DNA of 64,000 nt, taken from the NCBI GenBank assembly GCA_051294375.1, contig CM119264.1, positions 16,217,245 to 16,281,244 on the forward strand, written 5' to 3'. Below, one piece after another: positions 25,341 through 34,564 of this stretch. The position numbers were made by a program, and so were the translations under genes. Origin of the DNA: Paraspadella gotoi. Lineage: Eukaryota; Animalia; Chaetognatha. Each line of letters opens with the position of its first letter. The stretch's first letter is position 1. The notes beneath the pieces are model-generated. The model searched no databases. It was not told the origin of the DNA and saw only the letters and a list, made by a program, of their open reading frames with translations.

Positions 25341-28300
25341 CGTTCAAGAGCGTCCTTGTAGTTTTGATACTGTGGAAGAAGATGTGCCTTTGCAGCAAGG
25401 GCATGATTGAGGTCAAGAGAGGTTCGGGCTACCCGGGTTGCAGGTGCAAAGGCTTGAACGCTGCCCAACCGCCGAAAACCAGGTTGGACGAGACCGAGCT
25501 GTGGATAGGCGGACATTAAAGTTATAGGTTACGCGTTACAACTAGTTACTTATGGACCTATTATCGACATCCAATATGTAATAAAGTTACTAGAAATTAG
25601 ATTCACGAGATGATTCATAGGGCGAATAAGAATTTCCCAACGAGCAGCCAATACACTAATACTGTTAGTTCGAACAATCAGACACTTTGGTAACATACCG
25701 GCAATCGAGCGACTGTGAGCGAGGGTGGCTTTTGCTTAAGCGTAGTCGGGGGAGTGGGAGGTTCGTCGGCGTCATCATCGTCGGAACTGAGAACAATATC
25801 CCCATCGTCGTCGACTGGGCGAACTTTCCGAGAAGTTGGAGCGGAAGTGCCAGAGTTCACTGCGTCTCCACACGTCGACTCCTAAGAGAAAAAAATATTT
25901 TAAGGTCGGGAATTAAACGAGTAAATACGGTAAATACATGGTGACAATTAAGGGGTGAACTTAGGTAATATTTTACCTGATTAACTGAGCAAAGTGTTTC
26001 TGAAATTGCCTAGGTAAAGAAATGATTTTTCTTAATTAATATAGGCAATTTCTGAATCAAAATATTTTGCTTATATTTATTTTTAAAGATAAAAAAAACG
26101 ATATATTTTCTTTTGTTTTAATTTTGTTATCAACTATATTTTTAATTTGTTATTACGATATTTTAAGCCCAAAAATACTTTTCCCAGATGGTATGAAATA
26201 TTATTATCAATAGTAGCATGGCATTAAGTCTGTAATCTACTTGGCTACTACCAGAACCAGAACCAATAAAATTATTAAGGAAGATTAATTCATTGATATT
26301 AATTAATTAATTCATTAATTAACAGATAATAAAGAAATTAGTAATAATAATGAGGATGTATACATTTAAAGAGATTTGCAATGTACGTAATTCAGTTGTA
26401 TCCTGATATGATTGACAAGATTAAAACCTCGATCAAAGATGATGTAACAATGTACCCAAGACTCAAGTCGCCCAAAAATATTTTGTATCTTATTAAGAAT
26501 GACAAAGCTTACTAGAATTCTTTGCAGAATATGATATGGATTACTCAATACCTCCCAAGCTGATTATATTAAAAAATTCGAGCTCAATATAGAAAGTAAA
26601 TATCCTATGGATATAATTTTTAAATATTGTGTTATTTCTTTCTTTCGTTGTGTTTTTAAGATTTAGAGAGAAAAAGAATTTCTTTAACAACAACGACTTT
26701 TATTATGATTAAACATACATATTTCGACTTAATTTGTAAATCTTCATCAGTGCTTATTTAATTTTGATTTAAGTTTTTGTTTCACAAATAAACAGTAAGA
26801 AGGATGGAGGGAAAGAGAGAGAGAGAGAAATAAATGTTTCTAACAAAGAAATCAAAAAAGGACAGTGGTCAGTTTTGAGGACAGGGTAAGTTTGAGCAGA
26901 TAGAGAGAAGGTGGTGAGGAAAAGAAATTAAAATTTGGCAGAGAGAGAGAGGGAGATGCAGAGGTCAACAATTAGATCAATACATTATACATCTTATACA
27001 TTATACATCTTACTTTCTCTCTGCCAAATTTCAATTTCTTTTCCTCACCACCTTCTTTCTCTCTGCTCAAACTTACCCTGTCCTCAAAACTAACCACTGT
27101 CATTTTTTTAATTCTTTGTTGGAAACCTTTATTTCTCTCTCTCTCTCTTTCCCTCCATCCCTTTCACTGTTTACTTGCGAAACAAAAAATTATGTACTCT
27201 CAAAACTAAATAAGCACTGATAAAGACTTGCAAATTAAGTCGAAACATGTATGTTTAATCATAATAGAAAACATTTTTGTTAATTTTTTTTTTCTCTCTA
27301 AAAATCCAAAAAAGTTTTCCTTCTATTTTTTCATCATTAACAAAGATTTTAACTCAAAATAAAAAATGACATTTTTGAACATTCTGAAAAATGTTTATCT
27401 TTATTAAAATCAACTATATAATGGACTCCAACCCCTGTCACCAAACTTGGTTAAATCTGAATAAATATTTTTAGCTATTAATTTTTTTTTACAAAATTAT
27501 TTTGTCTTTTATTAAAAAAATTTCAATGTTGAGCAAATTAAAGTTTTATATTTGATAAAGATTTTGTTTAAAAATTAATACCAAAAAATAACCTATTTTG
27601 TTATTTTTTTAATTTTAAATTTAATTTAATATTATTTGGTTTTAAATTATTGAAGATAATATTTCCCTTTTAAATCTTAGCAAATTAGATCATAAGTTTG
27701 TCAGTTATATCTTAGTTTTAAAGCTCAATTAAAAATTGCCTACTTTTATTCAGTGAACTACTAGGTAAACCAAAAATTTGTCTATTACCTATTTAAGAAA
27801 AAAAATTTGCCCAAGTTCACCCCTTAGTCGGTTATTCATTTTTCGCTTATGTGAGATGTATAGAAATCTCGCTATGCAAAAACAAACAAAAGACACTGGT
27901 AAGGGTAAAAAAACTTTTTATTACAATTTTATATAAACTTCCCCTAACTACGACTAACCCCTAACCCTAACCACCAGTAATCCCTAACCAACCCTAACCA
28001 CCCCTAATCTCTAACCACCCATAACCAATTAACCATTATTGACCCAATTGCTAACCGTTTTAAAAAATATAATATAATTTTTTTTTTTTTTTTCATTTCG
28101 TTGCGTTATTTGTTTGAGGTAGAAAATTGATTATGTATAATGGCTTCATCAGCGCAAAAATTAATTGAAAGAGTCTGTGAAAATATTTGTTTCACAAATC
28201 AAGGATGTCCCAGGAGGGGTAATAAAACCGTAAATTCGACATACTACATAAGAAAACTGATTAAAGTGCAACATATTAAACCTCGTCGTGAGAAGTGGCC

Positions 28301-31300
28301 GTAGATTCTGAAAGGGGAGGAGGGACCGAGATGACTTTTGACTGGTTCACATCGGCCGGTCCAATCGCGGAAGCCGGAGTCGGAGATGAAGAAGGAGAAA
28401 CGCCCAAAAATGATTCCGCTGAGTGGATATAGATAATCCCATTCAACAATGAATTCAAAGATAAGTAAAACTTATGAATGAAGAATATGGAAGTTCGATC
28501 ACCATCGTCGTCGAATTCATCGTCGTCAAATTCTTCTTCGTCGAATTCATCGTCGTCAAATTCTTCTTCGTCGTCCACTTTTTTTTCGTCTCCACTCTCG
28601 ACATCGGTTGACTGTGTCGAACTCCGTTTTACTTTAACTGGTGTTACGATATTTTTCGTAGGTATTTCTGCGAACAAATTATTGCTTATTAGATATTACT
28701 TGATAACTTTAATAAAACACATTCGTGTTTTACCAGCGGGAGGATTCAAGTTAAGAAAATTATTCGCATTATTACAACAGCATTATAAACAATAAAATCA
28801 AATCATCCAGGAAGATAAATTTTAATTTGGAAATTATCCATTTGATCTAACCGGTTTCATGATCGTCGTCATTTTCTCCGAGAGCCGTCATTGTCGACGG
28901 ACTAGGTGTCCTCAGGCCGTCGGGCGGTTGAGGTGTTTCCGTCTCTTTCGCCTCATCCACTTCTTCCTTTACTGTCGGTATCGGTGTTTCGACCTCAGGT
29001 CCTGGGGCAGATCCTCCAAATTCCGCTGAGTTTAAAATAGCTTCCAAATCCTGAATACAAAATATACAGAAGGATTCATATTATAAAATATGGTACCCCT
29101 TTTTTGTGACCAGAACACGTTCCGAGAAAACTATTGAATAGATTTTAATGAAATTTGGTAGGAACGATCCCTATGTGAATACAAATAAAAATATCGAGGC
29201 GAATTTCAATATTTGACCCCTGAGCCGAGATATGGGGCCCAGTAGGGGTCACTCATGGGGGCAAAATATGGTCAAAATTTGTTTTTAATTTTTTTGGTTT
29301 TTTTTTTGTTTTGAACAGTTGCCCAGACGTTTACTCTTCCACAAAATGTATATATTTTCACAAAAATGTTAGTTTACCATAAGTTTCAGCTTCATGAACA
29401 TCAGCTGTTCAAGTCAGATTTAGAATAATTCTGTAGACATTGTATTTTGACTTTCTTTTTGTTATTTAAAATAGTTTAGAGATGAAACGAAAAATTCGTT
29501 GTAATAGCAATTTTATTTTATTATGTGTACATGTTTTGACTCTTAGTATTGCGAGTCTTCATCAGCAAGTGAGTTCAATAAACCAAATTTTTTAAAACAT
29601 TAATTTGAGAGAGAGAGAGAGAGTTTCCAACAAAGAATTGAGCAAGGATAGTGGTCAGATGTGAGGACAGGTGAAAGTAGGGAAAGAGAGAGCAAATGAT
29701 TTTTGAAATTGGTGAAAAGAAAGAGAGAGAGAGAGAGACACAGGGATCATACATTAGGCAATGTACAACAGTGAAATTTTTTTAGAAAAAACTAAATATT
29801 TAACAAAAGTGATAATAAATTAATTGTTAGCTGATGATTATTAGTAAGGGAAAATGAAATAGAGGAATAAGTCATGAGGGATAGATAAGTTAAAGATAAG
29901 TGAAATAGTAAGGTAAGAAAAGAGCTCAAAATGAGTTGGGGGCCCCCCCCCCGGCCGGGCAAAAGTGGGACGTTAATGATGTAGTCGGGTCATTGGCCTG
30001 TCATAGGCTGAGATGATATTGTGGTGGAATGGGACAGGGCTGGATCTGGTAATGATCCGGCTGGAAAAATGCTGAGTGCCACTCGAATATCTGACCTGAT
30101 AGGCCTGCCAAGGGCCCTCCTCTCACCTGACGGTGAGGTGGGCGATTGCCTGTTCAGGCCTGTTTGGGGACAGGTGATACAGACTACTCTCCCTCCTCTT
30201 GCAGCTGTCGTTTTGGGCGACGCTCAGCACGAGAAGAGTCGCGCCAAGTTGCTGCAAGCTCGGTTGAGGCATCGGACGTCCATTGCCTGCTGAGAGGCCT
30301 CCGCTGACCCGTTGAGTGAGGACAGGGGAATCACCATGTGGCTGAGGTGGGTGTGGGTGCTTCATTACAGCTTTGATAAGCGAATCATAGCTTGGAGGGA
30401 GTTCGAATTGTCCTCCATCACGGTTCAAAGAGGGTTCGAGGGCCTTGATGTAAATTGCCTCTCTAATACCTCTTGAGAACCAGTTTTGGTCATGGGACAG
30501 CACGAGACAGTCTTCCTCTCTAAACAGATGGTCCATAGTTGTTGCGTGCTCGGCAACTGCCGACAGATAGTGCACTCTAGAGTCGCGATAGGGCTTGATA
30601 TGTTGGAACTTATCTGATAGAGACTTTCCTGTCTCGCCCACATATGCTGCTGTGCGGGGTTGGTTGCTCGCTCCTGCACAGGCCGCACAATAGATGGCTC
30701 CTGTTGTTTTCGGTCTGGGGATTTTGTCTTTCGGTTTTACCAATTGCTCACGTAAAGAGCCGTTGGTCGTCACTGAACTGGAGATCCCCTGCTTTGCCAG
30801 CACCCGCACCAATGATTCAGTGATCCCCTGGTGGTAGGGGAGGGACAAGTGACCCACATTCTTGAGACGCTTCTATCTCCCGTTTGCGCTGTGGTGGGCG
30901 CGGTCGGTCCTTCAACAGCAAGGTCTCGTTCACCCTCCTGGGGGGTGGAGATTAAACTTGCGTCAGCGGTAACTTGGACAGCCCCTTGGTTGCCACCGTC
31001 CTCAGCCAAGTTCTGCCGAAACCTAGCCTTCTCGACAGCTGCAAGAGGGAGAGGAGTCTGTATCACCTGTCCCCAAACAGGCCCGAACAGGCAATCGCCC
31101 ACCTCACCGTCAGGTGAGAGGGCCCTCGGCAGGCCTATCAGGTCAGAGATATTCGAGAGGCACTCCGGCATTTTTCCAGCCGGATCATTACCAGATCAAG
31201 CCCTGTCCCATTCCACCACAATATCATCTCAGCCTATGACAGGCCAATGACCCGACTACATTGTTAACGTCCCACTTTTGCCCGGCCAGGGGGGCCCCCC

Positions 31301-33258
31301 CCCCAACTCATTTTGAGCTCTTTTCTTACCTTACTATTTCACTTAGCTTTAACTTATTTATCCTCATCACTTATTCCTCTATTTCATTTTCCCTTACTAA
31401 CAATCATCAGCTAACAATTAATTTATTATTACTTTTGTTAAATATTTAGATTTTTCTAAAAATTTTTCACTGTTGTACATTGCCTAATGTATTGATCACT
31501 GTGTCTCTCTCTCTCTCTCTTTCTTTTCACCAATTTCAAAAATCATTTGCTCTCTCTTTCCCTACTTTCACCTGTCCTCACATCTGACCACTATCCTTGC
31601 TCAATTCTTTGTTGGAAACTCTCTCTCTCTCTCTCTCTCTTCTCAAACTAATATTTTAAAAAATTTGGTTTATTGAACTCACTTGCTGATGAAGACTCGC
31701 AATACTAAGAGTCAAAACATGTACAATAATAAAATAAAATTGCTATTACAACGAATTTTTCGTTTCATCTCTAAAGAATAATTCTGGTAAATTTGGAGAA
31801 AAACGATGAACCATGCATCTTCAAACACCGATTAATTAGCAAAAAATTATTAATTTTAGTTGTAAAAATGTTTTTATATGTTCAAAACATCGATGAACCT
31901 GATTCTACTAAAAAAATTATAAAAAATGAAAAAAAAAAATTTTAGCCTTTTTTGGCCCCCCAGAGGTCCAGCCCCAGGGCCCTGTATCTTTTGTCAGGGG
32001 ATGAATATTAAAATTCGCCTCGATAGTTCCATTTATATTGTCATTAGAACTCTAAATGTAAAATTTCATGAAATTCGATCCAGTGGTTTGGTGGGAACAG
32101 ATTCTGGTCACAAAAAAGGGGTACGCCATTTTATAATATGAAGCCCTCTTGTATATGCGAGGAATTAAGTTAGCGTTTTATATTTAAGTGTCAGCGAAAA
32201 ATATCAACAAACAAAATTGTGGGAAAGGTTGCCTTGAGGGGATTGAAGGCGTGAGGAAATAGAGGGAGAATCGTATATTTTGCGAAGAGCAGAAACTAGA
32301 GAATGTATCGCTAGAGTAGAAAAAATTATACTGAGGGGCAGGAGGAGGAGGAAAGAAGAGGAAGAGGAGAATTGGACGGCAAGCCAAATCCTCCTCTGCT
32401 CTGGTTGCAAAAACTGTTGATATTGTTGATATTTACGTCTAAATAATTAAGATCAAAATGATAAATCTATAAATGGTTTTAGGTAAAATAAAATATTCCG
32501 GTCTATTATATTTTATAAAATTGAGGAAGGAAGATAATATCATCAAATTTCATCATGTACTAAATAAATGTTACTTTAGTTGAAGCTTAAAAATAAAAAA
32601 CACAAAAAAGCAAATTCGCAAAACCTTGTCGTCAGAAGTGTCAGCCTCCCTCAGTGCTATTTCCAACTGCGTCAATGCTTCCATCTCCTCTGCGGATATT
32701 TGCTCGCCCATTGCCTGGAGCGCTCGCATGCGCTTAAGTTTCTGCAACCTGACCATTTGCCAGGAAAAAATAAGTTATTCATGGCACGAAGGACATTTTT
32801 TGAGAAACAACTTACCTTTGTATCCTCTCGAACTCTGCCTGTTGGGCGTTAACCGTCTCTTCATCGAGATCGCTCTCATTCATGACGGACCTAATATTTT
32901 TTCTTTTATTTTTTTTCTTTTTTCTTCGCCCCGTCTTCGTCGTCTTCATCGCCCTCGGTTGTCTTCTTTCGCCTCCTCCTCTTGGGTTTCTCCTCGCCCG
33001 TTCCCTCTTCCTCCGCTTTCTCTTCGGCTTTTCTCCACCCAAATCGTTTCCCGCTTCTTTTTTTCCTCCGCCTTTTCTTCTTGGGTTTATCCTCTTTGGC
33101 AGCCTGGTCTGGCTCTATAAGTGAAGGGATTTCGTCGGCATTACCCGGTGGACCTTGGTCGATTATCGGCAATTCGCCGAAGAAGCCATCATCCTTGCTT
33201 CGTTTTCGTCCTCGGAGGACGGAGAAAGGAGGTTTGGCTTTCGGTGATTCGTGTCCAT
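25341..33258 (-). CDS. N-terminal exons of a probable SNF2-family remodeller (RAD54L2/ARIP4- or ATRX-like)
   Basis: Predicted exons ~33258-32816, 32748-32625, ~32400-32220 (noisy), 29050-28852, ~28670-28280, 25883-25698 and 25498-25341, mostly with GT-AG boundaries. KRKNIRSVMNESDLDEETVNAQQAEFERIQRLQK resembles the ARIP4/ATRX segment preceding the ATPase. DIVLSSDDD is a SIM-like acidic motif. No helicase exons seen. Confidence 0.6.
26710..26756 (-). ncRNA. Minimal hammerhead ribozyme
   Basis: taagca-CTGATGA-A-GATTT-acaaatt-AAGTC-GAAA-TATGTA-tgttta. Stem I taagca/tgttta; core intact. Confidence 0.75.
27211..27257 (+). ncRNA. Minimal hammerhead ribozyme, G8A core variant
   Basis: taagca-CTGATAA-A-GACTT-gcaaatt-AAGTC-GAAA-CATGTA-tgttta. 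Confidence 0.7.
27830..28200 (-). repeat. Repeat with degenerate (CCCTAA)-like tract and hammerhead remnant; related to 47860-48170
   Basis: ctaacccctaaccctaaccacc... tract, plus reverse-complement similarity to 48030-48170. cttcatcagcgcaaaaa at 28144 matches the 47.8-kb palindrome. Confidence 0.65.
29525..29568 (-). ncRNA. Hammerhead motif in 3' pLTR (G12A variant)
   Basis: ttg-CTGATGA-A-GACTC-gcaatactaa-GAGTC-AAAA-CATGTA-ca. Confidence 0.7.
30123..30857 (-). CDS. Penelope GIY-YIG endonuclease domain (C-terminal part of the PLE ORF; RT missing)
   Basis: LPY..GITE.L.RVL, LVKPKD, GAIYCAAC...YVGETGKSL, SAVAEH.....H (CCHH), REAIYI and PSLNRD.G. Confidence 0.92.
   Translation of the reverse strand: MGHLSLPYHQGITESLVRVLAKQGISSSVTTNGSLREQLVKPKDKIPRPKTTGAIYCAACAGASNQPRTAAYVGETGKSLSDKFQHIKPYRDSRVHYLSAVAEHATTMDHLFREEDCLVLSHDQNWFSRGIREAIYIKALEPSLNRDGGQFELPPSYDSLIKAVMKHPHPPQPHGDSPVLTQRVSGGLSAGNGRPMPQPSLQQLGATLLVLSVAQNDSCKRRESSLYHLSPNRPEQAIAHLTVR
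31683..31726 (+). ncRNA. Hammerhead motif in inverted 5' pLTR (G12A variant)
   Basis: ttg-CTGATGA-A-GACTC-gcaatactaa-GAGTC-AAAA-CATGTA-caa. Confidence 0.7.
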
Positions 33259-34564
33259 GTTGGAAACAGCTCGTTCAAAGAAAATATTTCGCGCCGAATG
33301 ACGGCTAGAATCAATTCAGTTCCATACCGTTTTTACAGATAAAAAGTGGGACCACATCAAGCATTAAAAATAGCTTTAGTTTAAAGGATGAATGTTTTTG
33401 AATTAGCTTTCTAAAAAGCTGAACCGATGAGAAAAGATGGGAAAATACTAAATAGAGAAGATTGAAATTTTCAATCAAATCTCGCAAATTCATAAGACTC
33501 AGTTAGGAAGACGAATTAAAAAAAAAATTAAAAAAAACATTCACAATCCAATCCATGGGCACTTAAAAGGTTTCGAGGGGTCTTAAAATTCAAAAAAAGT
33601 TAAATAGGTTTGAAAGTAGTCCTATAGTGTTAAAACTGGATAAAGAAGATTATTTCTGCAGATAGTTCGGAAACCAAAAAACTTCTTAATACAATTTCAT
33701 AATTCACAAATTTTAATAAAAACTGTAGTTTCCGTTTGTACTTAATCAGGCAATTCGATGGTTCGAAAATATCCAAGAAAACTTTTTTAATTGTAAAAAT
33801 ACTAATAGTATGATGAACTCCAATATAAACTATATCCGAGGCTTTCGAGCATGTTCCATTATAAAATTGTTAAAAAAAGTTAGATTTATTATGAAAATAT
33901 AATCAGGTGTTAAAAAAGAATAAGGGTGGTAAAATCAAAAGAGAAAAAAAATATTCAGTAGAGTATAGTGCGGGGTAATTCGGAACATTTGAAGTAAAAA
34001 AAATTTGCATAGAAAAAATAGATATTTTTATAATTTTTTCTGGTATATATCCAGGAAAGTGTCCTCACTACTGGTTTATGCCGTCTTTTTCCACAGGGGC
34101 CGCATTTTTAAAAAAATTGAAAGTGTTCTGTTTACCCCCACTGGGTACTTCGGAAGACTTAATATATATGTATATTTTTTATACAATCAAAAATATTAAC
34201 TAATGTTTTAAGTATGAAAAATTGTAAATCTTATATTCTTAACTTGGTAAAATAAATTTTAATATTGTTCTCACTTTTAAAAAAATATTGAATGACAATA
34301 AATATATATTTTTGTTAATAGTATTTTTGACACAGTTTTCCTTCCATTCCTGCATTTTGTCCCCATCTTCCTTTCCAATTAACATTGGTTTTCGGCCCAT
34401 TTTTTTTATTTCCAATGTTATTTTTATTATTCTTTTTATTAATCCTTTTTATTTAACCTTATTAAATTTAAATTTTTTCTTTCCAAATATTTTTATTTTA
34501 TTAATTTTATCTTAATTTTGTTTCAAACTAATTTTTAAACCTTATTGAGAGATTAAATTCCATT

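Larger units (their letters stand above)
26659..27305. mobile_element. ORF-less fold-back element made of two inverted Penelope pLTR arms, each with a hammerhead
   Basis: 26659-26951 is the diverged reverse complement of 27013-27305. The arm shares ctgtcctca..accact....ttctttgttggaaac..(ct)n with the pLTR at 31570-31640. Confidence 0.85.
25950..27826. mobile_element. MITE-like element with terminal inverted repeats, hosting the hammerhead palindrome
   Basis: taaggggtgaacttaggtaa at the left and ttgcccaagttcacccctta at the right, with further imperfect inverted similarity inward. Confidence 0.55.
29434..31774 (-). mobile_element. 5'-truncated Penelope-like element with inverted pseudo-LTRs
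   Basis: Inverted arms 29475-30210 and 31033-31775. Unpaired 41-bp tail 29434-29474. Direct repeat AGAATAATTCTG at 29422-29433 and 31775-31786 (TSD). GIY-YIG ORF inside; hammerhead motif in each arm. Confidence 0.95.
29063..32155. mobile_element. MITE-like element with ~190-bp imperfect TIRs, TA-flanked; target of the Penelope insertion
   Basis: tatacagaaggattcatattataaaatatggtaccccttttttgtgaccagaa at the left is mirrored by ttctggtcacaaaaaaggggtacgccattttataatatgaagccctcttgtata at the right. Confidence 0.75.

Noticed and set aside
27945-28030. True telomere or interstitial fusion site
   Set aside because: Short, highly degenerate and embedded in a dispersed repeat.
30021-31250. Additional antisense ORFs within the Penelope element (30021-30293, 30831-31250)
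   Set aside because: Shadow frames of GC-rich ORF/pLTR sequence with no recognisable domain.
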